NCBI GenBank assembly: GCA_951406725.2
Contig: OX597822.1
Span: forward strand, 106,764,001 to 106,828,000
Direction: 5' to 3'
DNA: 64,000 bases
From: Octopus vulgaris
Lineage: Eukaryota
Shown: piece after piece, positions 48,394-62,304 of the stretch
Layout of the letters: every line of letters begins with the position of its first letter
Numbering within the stretch: position 1 is the stretch's first letter
Position numbers and translations under genes: made by a program
The notes under the pieces: model-generated
Seen by the model: only the letters and a program-made list of their open reading frames with translations
Database searches by the model: none
What the model was told of the DNA's origin: nothing

Positions 48394-49304
48394 AGACATT
48401 TTGAGTAATTATGAATTTATTTTCTACACTTTTTTGCCCCTTGTTAGTAAAACTGGTTAGTTGGAAACTGTACCGAAGCCCGCCAAGTGGACTGAGATCT
48501 CCTTTAAGGGTACACATGCCTATGGATATCTCAACCATTTACACATTAATTCAAGAACATATCATACCTATTTCTTTACTACCCACAAGGGGCTAAACAC
48601 AGAAGGGACAAACAAGGACAGACAAACGGATTAAGTCGATTAGATCGACCCCAATGCGTAACTGGTACTTAATTAATCGACCCCGGAAGGATGAAAAGCA
48701 AAGTCGACCTCGGTGGAATTTGAACTCAGAACGTAACGGCAGACGAAATACCTATTTCTTTACTACCCTGAAGGGGCTAAACACAGAGGTCGACTTTGCC
48801 TTTCATCCTTTCGGGGTCGATTAAATAAGTACCAGTTACGCACTGGGGTCAAAATAATCGACTTAATCCGTTTGTCTGTCCTTGTTTGTCCCCTCTGTGT
48901 TTAGCCCCTTCAGGGTAGTAAAGAAATAGGTATTTCGTCTGCCGTTACGTTCTGAGTTCAAATTCCACCGAGGTCGACTTTGCTTTTCATCCTTCCGGGG
49001 TCGATTAATTAAGTACCAGTTACGCATTGGGGTCGATCTAATCGACTTAATCCGTTTGTCTGTCCTTGTTTGTCCCTTCTGTATTCAGCCCCTTGTGGGT
49101 AGTAAAGAAATAGGTATATGTTCTTGAATTAATGTGTAAATGGTTGAGATATCCATAGACATGTGTACCCTTAAAGGAGATCTCAGTCAAAATCAGCGAA
49201 TTCTCAGTCCACTCGGCGGGCTTCAGTACAGTTTCCAACTAACCAGTTTTACTAACAAGGGGCAAAAAAGTGTAGAAAATAAATTCATAATTACTCAAAA
49301 TGTC
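48394..49304. repeat. Inverted duplication with arms of about 400 bp
   Basis: 48394-48788 versus 48893-49304, covering unique DNA plus SINE-A units. Confidence 0.92.
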
Positions 49305-49726
49305 AGGCAGAAGGAACGAACCGGATACGATGTAGTTATGGAGAACACTTCTTAACCAAACAGCTATATTTCGCCTACGCAATGATACAATAATTTAATT
49401 TAAAATAAATTGCTATTTCTTCCTTGAAGCAACACAAACGATATGACGTTGGCCATCAATATCATTAGTATAATATTTTGCCACAAACGTGTGGTCTGAC
49501 ATCACAAGAACATACTGTCCTTGTTGGTGAGGAATATAATATAATGTAAATAATATAATGACTTTAGGTAGAATCGTCATTGCGTAGGTAGTTAATGTGT
49601 GATGTTTGTATATATATATATATATATATATATATAACGGGAAGCTTTATGAAAATAAACAAAAGACGAATTCAGGTGGAAAACAAACGAACAATTGTAT
49701 TAGTATATATATATATTAGTATATGT

Positions 49727-49813
<87 letters not shown>

Positions 49814-49937
49814 TTATGTATTTCTATATGTATGTATACATATGTGTGTGGGTGTATGTGCGTATATATTTATATTCATTCATAAATACATACAGAAACC
49901 CGTGCGAACGCACAAACACATGCACACAATTATATAT

Positions 49938-49992
<55 letters not shown>

Positions 49993-51075
49993 TTTACATG
50001 CACAAGTTTGTTAGTAATTTCGAAGCTTTGATTTCAATTAATGTTTACATTTATCTATTTATACGCACAAAATTTATTTATGTTATGAACACATATACGC
50101 ACATTCATACACATATCCATATACATAAACATACGTATAAATGTGGATATATATATGTACATACATATATTTAATATAATATATTATACATATATATATA
50201 TATATATATACGCATACACATATACGAAGAGTGACAATAAAAGAGGGAGAGAGAGAGAGAGAGACAGAAGGAAAGAGACAACCAAACATAAAAACAGTCA
50301 CAGTTGCATAGACAGACACAGCGATAGAAAATATAATCAAATCCAGCAGATCAAATTATAGAATTGAAACATTAGAATAATAAAAAAAAACATAACCACA
50401 TAGGTAAATAAATAAAAATAACATTTTTATAACATAGCCACACACACATTCACACAACACCCAGACGCACACACACATACGCACACACATACATATTTCA
50501 CACAACACAGATATTTAACGGAGTCAATACACACATAATGTCTCACACATGAAAAACTACGTATTAGAGAGAGAAACAATTTATAAACTAAGAAATTACA
50601 GAGACGAATGACTTTACGTCATCAGAGCATCCTGGAGGTAGATTCTGTGATTCAGTTCAGTTAATAATGCATAGTGTTGTTTTGTTGATTTTTCCGACAT
50701 TGAAGGAGAATCCCTCTGATCGCTCACGTCTTCCGGCGCCTACATGCCGTACTCCTCCTCCTTCTCCTCCTATTCTTCCAATCAAATAAACACCCACACC
50801 CTACGTTACATACTCTTACATACACACGAATATATGCTTATTCGTGTGTATGTGTGTGTGCGTTTGTGTGTGTGTATGTACGTGAGTGTGTGTGTATATA
50901 TATAAATATATACATGGAAACATATACATACATACATACATATATAATATATATATATATAAATATATAATACATGCCTTCATATATATATATATATATA
51001 CACACACATATATATGCATATACTATGCATTCACACGCACGTAGACTATACATAATCACACACACACACACACAC

Positions 51076-51127
<52 letters not shown>

Positions 51128-51389
51128 CATACATACATGTTTACATACATGTATGTTCATACACACACACAAACACACACACATATACATACAGACTTAT
51201 AGAAAAAAGGTTGTTAACCTTTTCAGATGTGTTGCTGTGTGTGTGTATGTATATATACGTGTTTCTGTTGTTTGCTGAAATTAAAATCACTATCTTAGTT
51301 TTTATTCCTTATTATTAAATTTAACAAACGTATTATTAATGTTTTTGTTGCTGTTGTTGTTGCTATTAATATTATTATTACTATTATTA

Positions 51390-51462
<73 letters not shown>

Positions 51463-51871
51463 ATGTACTAACAATACGCACCCAAGCACCGTCCATTAGC
51501 TTGTTGTTCATTTGTATCTTTAGAGACAATTTTATTGTTTCTGTTTATTATGTATCAGGAACCCGAGGGGCTGGTTGGCTCGTCTCGTTTTTTTTTTGTT
51601 TTTGCTCTTTTGAGGTAAAAAATTAAAAGAAATCCTTAAAATCTTTGTTTTTGAAAAAACAAAAAGATAGCGATGCTTTTAGCCCCAGTCAGCTGGAAGG
51701 AGAAATGGAAGATGACTTTGAGAAGAGGATGGAATCTATCTCTAGTATCTCCCCTTCAGTCGGGTCGACGAACCTAGCTTCTATTCCCAAAGAACAAAAA
51801 AAACTAAAAGTTACTTTACATTACGACGCATGGAAGTAGCAAGGGCAACAAAAACAAGAACAAGAGCAAGA

Positions 51872-51930
<59 letters not shown>

Positions 51931-52991
51931 TACTACTAAAGTGCATTAGAAAACACGTTCATCTTCCGGAAGGAAGATCCACGTGTTAAAATGCAGGAGC
52001 ACCAACAATATTATATCCGTTATTATCTTTGATAAAGAACGGAATGTTGGTAATTTACGGGCGAAAGAAACCATTCTGTTTCAAAGACACGGATCGAATA
52101 TCCTTTGGTCGGAGTTAGGCCAATGGCTTATATGAGCAGCCTACCACCACTATCAGCATTATAGAGACTACTTATCCCCATGACTGCTGCTTTTGCTACA
52201 TCTTGGATGCTACTACTACTACTACTACTACAACAACTACTACAACAACTACTACTACCCACCACCCCACCACTACTACTACTACCACCATCACTACAGC
52301 TACTACTACTACTACTACTACTACAACAACTACTACCCCCCACACCACCACTACTACTACCACCATCACTACAGCTACTACAACTACTACTACTACTACT
52401 ACAACTACTACTACCCCCCACATCACCACCACCATCACTACAGCTACTACTACTACTACTACTACTACAGGATATCAAACAATGATAGCAGTAACAATAA
52501 AAAGACAGAGAACAACGAAAACAACCTTGTCAAACTCCTCCACCACCACCACCACCACCACCACCACCACCACTACTACCACCACTACCACCACCACCAC
52601 CACCACCACCCATCCCGCTATCGCTACCACCACAACTACAACAGGTCGCGGTGTGGAAAACATAAACGACAACTTCAGCAACAGCAATATCCGAAAATGC
52701 AAGACACAGCAGTAGTAGTTAGCAGTAAAGTAACTACAATAAAACAGGCGAAGCAGTGCGTAACAAGGAAAAGAACCACATTCGCCATCACTAAAATAGC
52801 TGAGATAAAAGGAAACAACTCTACTACGATGACCACTTCTGTTGCTAGCTCTAATACAGCTGCCATCGCCACCACCACCACTACCAATGTGACCGTCCAA
52901 AACAGTTGAAGCACCAGTCCAACAAAGGCTAAATCCTGTGTAGAAACTACTACAAATTGCATCCGGGTTTCCATGGAGGAAGCAGTTTCTA

Positions 52992-53225
52992 AAGGCGGCG
53001 AGCTGGCAGAACCGTTAGCACGCCGGGCGAAATGCGTAGCCGTATTTCGTCTGCCGTTACGTTCTGAGTTCAAATTCCACCGAGGTCGACTTTGCCTTTC
53101 ATTCTTTCGGGGTCGATAAATTAAGTACCAGTTACGCACTGGGGTCGATGTAATCGACTTAATCCGTTTGTCTGTCCTTGGTTGTCCCCTCTGTGTTTAG
53201 CCCCTTGTGGGTAGTAAAGAAATAT
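52992..53225 (+). mobile_element. SINE family A, full-length monomer
   Basis: Head aaggcggcgagctggcagaa (A box), gagttcaaattcc (B box), core gtcgactttgcctttcat..tttcggggtcgataaattaagtacc, tail gtaaagaaata. Flanking direct repeat gtttctaaagg. Confidence 0.88.
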
Positions 53226-53665
53226 GTTTCTAAAGGTCTGGTTAACGTAATATATGCACCATCATGTATAACCGTCGGACTGTCGTACTTTGCCCCTGTT
53301 TTCCCTTGACCAGATTGGAATATCTGCTGTTTCAATTCCCGTCAAAGAAGACGCGTTATGTTGGTGAGGAGACTCATCTGCTGTCAATGCCCGCAGCTTG
53401 GAGGGCTTGGTATGCCGTGGTTTCTGTTAGGCAGACGTGTGTTAAGACTACTAAATACTTAGCGGCATTTAATATCTTTACGTTCTGAGTTCAAATTCCA
53501 CCGATGTTCTGACTTTGCCTTTCATCCTTTCGGGGTCAATAAAGTAAGTACCAACAGAGCACTGGAGTCGATGTAATCGACTTAACTCCTCCCTGCCCAA
53601 ATTCCAGGCCTTGTGCCTATAGTAGAAGGGATTATTATCATTACTATTATTATTATTATTATTAC

Positions 53666-53738
<73 letters not shown>

Positions 53739-53888
53739 GAGTGAGAGAGAGCAGTGCATGCCATCAAAGTAACAATGGGGTAAAATATACGAAGCCCAGT
53801 ATACCCATCATGACTACACGTCTGATAAGGGTACCCTAGGCACATGCATCACATATTATTATTATTGTCATCATCATCATCATCATCA

Positions 53889-53941
<53 letters not shown>

Positions 53942-54912
53942 TACCTGGTCTCTAAAACTGTTCAGTATATTTTTTTGTTGTTGAATACACATGCACTTAG
54001 ACTTACATATATTGACTGATAATCATCATTCATATTCTCTTTTTTCTCAACCCACTTCTAGTATCTCTCCCTGCAGCAGCAGCAGCAGAAGAAGAAGAAG
54101 AAGAAGAAGAAGAAGAAGAAGAAGCAACAATTGCAAGTTCCATCACATTTATATTTTATATAAAACAACTACCTCGAAACAATACACTTTTTTGCACTTC
54201 TTGAGACACAAAATGGCAGCATCAAGGTTTCACACTTTTCGAAATCAAAATGGCAGCCTCAGAAGAGGTCGCCATCAATCAAATTTCTCTCTTTCTCTCG
54301 CTCTCTCACTCATTCTCTGTCTATCTCTTCGTCTGTATGTATGTCTGTCTCTCTCACTCTCTCTCTCTCTCTCTCTCCCACACACAGAGAGAAAGATTTT
54401 CTTGAATAATCAATCAGCTTGCCAACACTCCATTCAAAATCTCTTTACCACTTGTCAACGGTTTCGATCAGAGAACTCCATGGAAGATGATTGATTGTAG
54501 TGAAGCCTACTCACAACAATGTGGGTCATGTCCACTTTCATGGCGCCCCACTTGGATTATAAGATCATCGTTCAAGTATTCCTCTTTATGCAGTATATTT
54601 GGAAGAAATTGCCACGTTACTTCATTGACTTTCAGTATTTGACAATAATGGCTTTCTCTCTCTCTCTCTCTCTCTCTCCTTTACTCTCTTAATTTATCAT
54701 TCTCCACCGAGCTTCTCCTCCTTCTCCCCAATACTGCACGCAGCATTCGTCCTTTTGCTGTTGTTTTCTTTTCATTGTTTTAGTTATTGTTGCCGCCAGT
54801 ACATGAAGTAGTTTTCTTCAAATAAGGTCTGCTGTTTATAAGACTACGTGTATACATACATACATACATACATACATACATACATACATACATACATACA
54901 TACATACATACA

Positions 54913-54943
<31 letters not shown>

Positions 54944-55432
54944 TTCTTTACTACCCACAAGGGGCTAAACACAGAGAGGACAAACAGGGACAGACAAACG
55001 GATTAAGTCGATTACATCGACCCCAGTGCGTAACTGGTACGTAATTGATCGACCCCGAAAGGATGAAAGTCAAAGTCGACCTCGGCGGAATTTGAACTCA
55101 GAACGTAACAGCAGACGAAATACCTATTTCTTTACTACCCACAAGTGGCTAAACAAGAGGGGACAAACAGGGACAGACAAACGGATTAAGTCGATTGTAT
55201 CGACCCCAGTGCGTAACTGGTACTTAATTTATCGACCCCGAAAGGATGAAAGTCAAAGTCGACCTCGGCGGAATTTGAACTCGGAACGTAACGGCAGACG
55301 AATTACGGTTACACATTTCGCCCAGCGTGCTAACGTTTCTGCCAGTTCGCCGCCTTCCATACGTACATATATACCAGCACATACATAAATGCATAAAAAC
55401 ATATACAGACATTTATAAACGCGTTTATAAAT

Positions 55433-55483
<51 letters not shown>

Positions 55484-55484
55484 C

Positions 55485-55740
55485 ACCAGAGTAAGCACAT
55501 AAAACTGGGACTAGGTGGGAAAACATAGTACTCGAATACCGGATGTAGAGTAATATGCTTTATTATTAAAGCCGCGAAAATATAAAACACTATTGCAAAA
55601 AAACTGCTACTCAGAGTTTCACGTTTCCGTTCGTCGGGCAGCTGTGATCAAGACTTCTGATTACAAGTGCCCGACTAACAGGGACGTGAAACTGAGTAGC
55701 AGTTTTTTGTGATGTTTTTGCAGCTTTGATAATTAAGTAT
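55485..55740. mobile_element. Short fold-back hammerhead element in (TA)n, adjacent to the Penelope GIY-YIG remnant
   Basis: Inverted pair of hammerhead motifs, AATAAA downstream of the minus copy, TA tracts on both sides. Confidence 0.75.
55604..55641 (-). ncRNA. Minimal hammerhead, CCGACGA (U4C) core variant
   Basis: ctgc-CCGACGA-acg(gaaa)cgt-GAAA-ctc(t)gag-TA-gcag. A degenerate inverted copy lies at 55668-55702 (+). Confidence 0.72.
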
Positions 55741-55764
55741 ATATATATATATATATATATATAT

Positions 55765-56330
55765 CGTCCTTGCCAGAGCACGTACTGTGGACCGTGCATC
55801 TGCTCTCTCTTCCCGCATCCGCCCCGCCGTCACCTGTCTCCCGCTTCCTCTCACCTACCACCCTCCATCCTCAACCCTACCTCTCCAACACACCATTCTC
55901 CGAGCCTTCCGGCGACTCCAGTCCGATCCCTCTACTACGTACATCTTCCCTAACCTAGTCCTCTCCTCCTTCAAACGAGCCCCCGCAACCTACGTGACCT
56001 CCTGGTCCACAGCTTCTTCCCTACCACCACCTCCCAACCTGGCTCGTTCCCCTGCACCTGCCCACGCTGCCGCACTTGCCCCTACCTGTCTAACATCAAC
56101 ATCCTCACAGGCACCCATCATCGACCCTATCATATCAGTGACTACTTCACCTGCACTTTTAGCAACGTCACCTACTGCATATCCTGATCTCTCTGTCCTT
56201 CTCAGACGGGATGCCGCTTGGCTGACCGGTTCGCGGAACACATCCGAGATATTAGACTCGGCAACAACATCCCGGTCTCACGCTATTTCCTCTCTACCGG
56301 TCATTCTTTACAACACCTGCCTGCGTTCGG
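55765..56330 (+). mobile_element. Penelope-like element remnant (Neptune-type Cys linker plus GIY-YIG endonuclease region)
   Basis: Across frameshifts: PLPLTYHP...SSFKRA-RNLRDLLVHS...CPRCRTCP...FTCTFSNVTYCIS...RLADRFAEHIRDI...PVSRYF...H. Confidence 0.8.
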
Positions 56331-56402
<72 letters not shown>

Positions 56403-58809
56403 ATTATTATTCTTTCTTTCTTGATTATTTCAAAACCTTCGGCATTAATTTTACGCAATATTGCTCAGTTTTTATTTTATTCCTTCGTCATCCAAACTGA
56501 AAGGAAAATCCAATAATGGATACATCGATCTTTTAATCAAGTTTTCCAAATCTCAAAGACAGAATCCCCATTACATGTCTTATCAATAAATATCGAAGGG
56601 ATTCTTTTTAAATATTTTCTATAAAAGAAAGAATAATGATATCCATGTAATTCATTTGCAAAGAAGCCCAATGTGAAATTCTGTTTCAAAGAAACCACGT
56701 TTAAATAACGACTTGAACTCTGTGAACTAAGCAAATATTCGTCAATTTTGCAGTACTAATCTTACAGATTACTTATTTGTAACTATGTCTGTGGATCAAC
56801 TGCTTGCTATGTCTCAACAGCACACAGAAAAATTCGAGGGAGAAGATATCTTTTGGAAGATGATGCAGATTCGAAGAGGATTTTGAAAGTCTTTAGTTTC
56901 GTATTTGTCCTTGTAAGGCGAGGACCTTCTTTGCTATCATTTTCTGTGTTTGCTTAGCACTTAGTATTCAGTAACCCTGGCATAACCATCAGGGTTACGT
57001 AACAGAATTCATAATGTAACAATAACAGAAACCCACACCAACCGTTTCCCACTATTATGTTCAAACAAGCATTGATACGCGCCGAAAATACTGTACCAGG
57101 ATCTTCAATAATGTGGATTGCTAGTCCCAGTATGAACTGTGGCTATAACTAACTGGAGCAGTATGTTCACCAAAATAAATTACTCCTTGCTCCAGACAAA
57201 ATATTATACATTGATCAAACAACTTGTGAGATATGACTTGGGCGGAATAGTTTTCCTTGATACTTTTGGTAAACAAGTAAAATTTTTTGACATACGTAAT
57301 TTTGGCGAAACGTTTGTTACCTCTAGCAAACTCTTATTGTAGTGACTTCATCTGTAATTGTTACAGATTTGTTGACAGGTGTCAGAAATGCTCATTCTAA
57401 AGTTAAGGTGTCACAGTCCTGTGTGCAATATTAGCAACGGGTTTGGGCAGATAGAGGCTATGAAATAGGCCAAACTGAAGCTACGAGTGTCGCATGTTTC
57501 ACAAACTTGGATTTGAAACTTTTGTTTGTACTTGACAAAATCTGAAAAGCAATTCTAACAGCGTTGGTCACATAGTCATAAATTTGCTCTGTGGTGATTT
57601 CGAGCAAATTCTGCCAGTCACCCCAAATAGTACATCTTTTGGTCAATGAAAAGGATATCCCAAAGAAACATATATTTGGATATGAGTGGGACCTCGCCCA
57701 TCCTCATTTAAGCAACATAAGAGTTTTACTTTACAGAGATCTCTCCGCAGCCCGGTTTGCAAAAATTTTACTTCAGCTGAGGGCGATGACCAGCTACCAG
57801 TTGACACTGAAAGAAGGAGTCGTCAAAGTACCAAAACATCAGGGAACCGATCTCAAGAATTGCTGTTGGAAGTTTATCTCAGTCTCTCACAGAATTATTG
57901 ATTCAGTCATGAGTGCCAGCGTCGCTTCCTAAAATGTTATTTTGCAACACCTGTCTGTGTTCGGATTGTCCTTGCACAGGGGCCATCTGGACACTCGTCT
58001 TCGCCGTGAACAGGAATTAATTTTCTCTCTTCGCTCCATCACTCAATTGTTATCTGGTTAATCTAAATGGCACAGGCAATTTCACACTATAGTTAACAGT
58101 ACCGAAACTGCCAACTATCCAGCATGGTTTCTCAATTTTCTTAGCGCGCAGCTACACTCCCAACTACGCGCAAACAAGAACCAGAAGTAAGAGCACTCAT
58201 TATGTTGCTCTCAAATTTTGGATGTACCAAAACTCTGTAACAGTAGAAGACTAAGCTATCTGAACGTTCCTGGCTTATGATGAGTTTCCATTGACTCAAT
58301 TCCACTAACAAGGTGTAGGACGATACGATGCTATAGAAAATATTTAGCTAAGCTGCCACGCAGTAGGGTCGAACTCATTCCCCCGTGGATGCGACGTGCG
58401 AACTCCTTAGCAATTTGTCCAGTGCCTACCCATTCACACACACACACACACACACACACGTACGTGTGTATGTCTACTTATATATATATATATGTATGTA
58501 CATTTATATATGTATATATAAATATGCATACATACAGATACACACATACACTCACACACACATACACTTGCACATCGTTATTCTCCATCTCATGATTAGT
58601 TAATTGTTATGGGGACAGTTTAGGAATTATTTTCACTTTCTGATCGGTGAATACTAGATTTTTTTGCGTTAATTTACGACATATGTTTTGCAGCAAGGCG
58701 GTGCTTCAGCATGGTCGCAGTCCAATGACTGAAGCAAGTAAAAGAATAAAAGAACAGTGAGTATAAATTACATCTGGGCATGACTTTAGTCACATTTAAA
58801 CTACGTTGG

Positions 58810-59772
58810 GTAAGTGTTGTAGCGGAAATGGTACACCCCTCCCACGGGACAAATGGTATGAACCAGCCACTATAAAGTGAGACGACGTCAACCAGTAGAG
58901 AGAGAGAGAGTGTGGCAGTCAGCGAAGGTACGCTGTTCGGTGCGCACCCGAGTCTCTGCATTAATCGCTTTTGTTTAAATCCTTATGATTCCGTCGAGTA
59001 TTCTTGTTTATCTGATTGCTGATGACTTAGTGCCTATTGTTCAATTTTGTCGAAGACTGTTGCAGGTTTGCCTGCAGGCCTGTGTATTTGTTTGTTTGCT
59101 TTTTTTTTCGATTTAGGGGCAAAGAAACTTTGAAAAAATAATGAATAGCGAATCGAAACGAGCCCATGTCGGAAGCTATGCCTGGGCGGCTGATCAATAA
59201 GTAACCGGATTGTTGCTATAATAACGAAGCAAAAGCATGCAGAGTAAAGCCGCTTGGTACATATTGACCTTGAACACTACTGTGCATACGCACTAAGTTT
59301 TAACGTTCTAGCTCACTTCCGCTGTTTACAGCAGTGCTTGGAAGGAAGGTGTGTAGCGTGTGATCGTTACATTGACCATGACAGAGAAAGTTGAGCGAGA
59401 AATTTGCATCAAACTTGCCAATAGCTTGGCGATACCAGTTCAGAGCCCTACAAATGCGCTGGAAGTGCGGGAAGTGAAAATTGAAAGAGTGAAGTTGGAG
59501 AGTTGCAAGGGACTGATCCAGAAAGAGGAGTCAATTTTAAGGTTGACTCCTCCAGAGAAAGTAAGCAGCAGAACGAGAAGGAGGAGAGTGGTATACAGAA
59601 CCAATAAGAAAATAGAGATGGCATCAGAGGAAGCCATTGAAAAATGTATGGATGAAGTGAAGAGTGCTGCAACATTCTACACTAGAGGGAGAAGATATGG
59701 CACAGTGGAGGTGAGGTTTGCCGCCGAAGAAGAGGCAATAAATCACTCCACTGTGTAATCACAAGAATGGAT
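58810..59772 (+). mobile_element. 5' end of a Tx1/L1-like LINE ORF1 interrupted by a mariner 5' fragment (about 59183-59415)
   Basis: MNSESKRAHVGSYA, then insert with TIR-like tgatcaataagtaaccgg and MTEKVEREICIK (mariner N-terminus), then ...GTVEVRFAAEEEA (RRM-like). Confidence 0.55.
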
Positions 59773-60176
59773 GCTCCTATTTCTTTACTACCCACCTAAG
59801 TTCCACGCGGCTCCGGCAGAAGTTAATGGCGAATTTCTGCTGACTCTTTCGCCACAACTTTCTCTCACTCTTTCCTCCTGCATCTTGCAGCTCACCTGCG
59901 ACGGACCGGCGTCCCGTCCAGGTGGGGAACCTATACGCCAAGGAAACCGGGAAACCGGCTCTTATGAGCCATGCATGGCTCGAGAAGGAACAAACTAAAA
60001 ATCCATAGGGGTGGTGTCCATGGTTGTGTAATCAGCCAATGAAAAAGTCACTATGATTCAATCTTCCAATTCAAATTCATAATAATGGAACAGAATGGCG
60101 TCAGAGAGTCTTGGGAATCCGCGAATAATAAAAATAATAATAGTATACTGGAATAATGTATGAAATTATCATAGAT

Positions 60177-60342
60177 AGGCGCAGGAGTGGCTGTGTGGTA
60201 ATTAGCTTGCTAACCAACTACATGGTTCCGTGTTCAGTCCCACTGCGTGGCATCTTGGGCAAGTGTCCTCTGCTATAGCCCCAGGCCGACCAATGCCTTG
60301 TGAGTGGATTTGGTAGACGGAAACTGAAAGAAGCCTGTCGTA

Positions 60343-60399
<57 letters not shown>

Positions 60400-60620
60400 A
60401 TGCGTGTGAGTGTGTGTGTTGTGTGTCTGTGTTTGTCCCTCCAGCATTGCTTGACAACCGATGCTGGTGTGTTTACGCCCCCGTCACGTAGCGGTTCGGC
60501 AAAACAGACCGATAGAATAAGTACTGGGCTTACAAAGAATAAGTCCCGGGGTCGATTTGCTCGATTAAAGGCGGTGCTCCAGCATGGCCGCAGTCAAATG
60601 ACTGAAACAAGTAAAAGAGA
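60177..60620 (+). mobile_element. SINE family C (tRNA head, internal microsatellite, CR1-like tail)
   Basis: aggcgcaggagtggctgtgtggtaa... to ...ggcggtgctccagcatggccgcagtcaaatgactgaaacaagtaaaaga. Confidence 0.85.
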
Positions 60621-60955
60621 TAATTCAACTTTATCTTCTTTCGAATCAACCGTATAAATTGTTAATTTTTTGTTCAAGAGAATTGCCATACAAGATGTAA
60701 AATTAGTATTCCTGATTGCGATGTTTTATGTAACCACGATCGGAAACCTGGTTGGCGAACAAACGCTATGGTTTTGTTGTAGTTCAATTGTTGCAAATAG
60801 CTGACAGGCTGATGAAAAGTTAACATTCTCTTGAATAATTTTTCAATCAGGCAATTAAAAAAAAAAGTGTTTCTTAAAAGTAGTACACTCATTAAATAAT
60901 ATAAGACACATATCAAATGTAGATTATGTATGCTGCGGAAGAAAGTATAACGAAA

Positions 60956-61680
60956 CTAGCACTATGACCTGGCAACGCCGGGTCATACTGCTCGGAGACC
61001 CCCTTCGGTCACGACACAGACCATGGGATTGCACCTAGAAAGTTATCCTCCTAGACACAAGTCCAGGCGAGGTTGTTTATGGAAGACCTGCAGTCGCCCA
61101 TGCATACCAGCCTCCCCTCTCCACGCCACCGATTTTATCCAAGGGAAAGGCAAAGGTCGATACAGCTTGGCACCTGTGACGTCGCAACTCATTTTTACAG
61201 CTGAGTTAACTGGAGCAACGTGAAATAAAGTGCCTTGCTCAAGAACACAACACGCAGCCCGGTCTGGGATTCGAGCTCACAACCTCACGATCGTAAGCTC
61301 GACGCTCTAACCACTGAGCCATGCACCTTCATGGTCATACTGCTAGTGCATGCATATAAACTGCGTGCGTGCGCACATACACGCGAGTACTGTCCAAATC
61401 TCCGACCAATCACATACAGCTAGCTGGCATTCAATTGGCGTATCAAGTTTCGGGCATTTTGATTGGGTTTTGGATAGAAAATTCACAAAAAAAGTCACTT
61501 CTATTGATTTTTTTAATGGCTTTGCGGGGTGACTAGGGAAATGTAAAGATGTGCATGACCACCCTTGGACGGTTTTGAATGACCATAGAAAGTGCGAGCC
61601 CTCTAACTAAAAAATTGTGGATTTGTATAAAGGACACACACGCAGACAGGCAGACATTTTGCCGTTTATATATAACGAGA
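60956..61680 (-). mobile_element. Non-autonomous Helitron interrupted by SINE D
   Basis: 5' tctcgttatatataaa... and a 3' hairpin (gacccggcgttgccaggtc) ending in gCTAG followed by t. Confidence 0.7.
60993..61332 (-). mobile_element. SINE family D (tRNA head plus CORE-like region) with 12-bp TSD
   Basis: TSD ggtcatactgct at 60981-60992 and 61333-61344. Related copies at about 40925-41132 and 19594-19895. Confidence 0.82.
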
Positions 61681-61955
61681 TGATATGATTTCGCTACGTA
61701 ACTGTCAACGTACTGTAACCAATTTTTCGTGAGTTTGTCCTAGGTGTCGGTGATAATTTTGCTTGTCTTCAGTATCTTAGCAGATTTAAGACATCCAGCT
61801 CCCTATTCTATGGCACTCAGTGTCCCACCTGTAATACGGTCGCATGAGACACAGGGCAATTTTTAGTTACATTTGAAAAAGAAATAAAAAAAGCGATTCA
61901 TAGTCATTAAATTTGGCAATTAAAAGTTGAAAAAATAATTCCAAGAATAACTTAC

Positions 61956-62197
61956 TCTGTTTTCGTTATCGTCTTTATCGTAGAGCGTTTCGTTTTTCTC
62001 ACGTAGCTTCTTCGCTTTGCGCTTTGCTTTCCCCCCCCAATAGGTGTAGTTCACCGCTGCATACTCCAGCAAGGCGGCGAACACAAATACGAAACACATG
62101 ACCAGATAAATGTCAATAGCTTTGACATAAGAGATTCGCGGTAGAGAGGACCGCACCCCGTTGCTGATGGTTGTCATTGTCAACACAGTGGTGATAC
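61956..62197 (-). CDS. Lcch3: Penultimate exon (M2-M3 and start of intracellular loop) of a GABA-A receptor beta / LCCH3-like Cys-loop channel subunit
   Basis: Translates (G)[63 protein letters not shown]...ENR. Acceptor tttgcttgcag| at 62198 and donor |gtaagt at 61955. 242 nt, phase 1 to phase 0. Confidence 0.93.
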
Positions 62198-62304
62198 CTG
62201 CAAGCAAACAAGAAAAAAGAAAAAACGTCAAAAATCTGTTGATTGGGGAAGTACATGCAGATACATACATACACTGCAACAATGAAATAACTGAATAAAG
62301 TACT

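Larger units (their letters stand above)
31151..61955 (-). other. 30.8-kb phase-0 intron of the receptor gene, filled with repeats
   Basis: GT-AG ends and compatible phases. No intervening exon recognised, but a small alternative exon cannot be excluded. Confidence 0.75.

Noticed and set aside
50610-50635. CTGATGA hammerhead core on the minus strand
   Set aside because: No GAAA or closing stems follow.
61920-62282. Listed 120-aa ORF as a stand-alone gene
   Set aside because: Both ends are intronic. Only 61956-62197 is exon.
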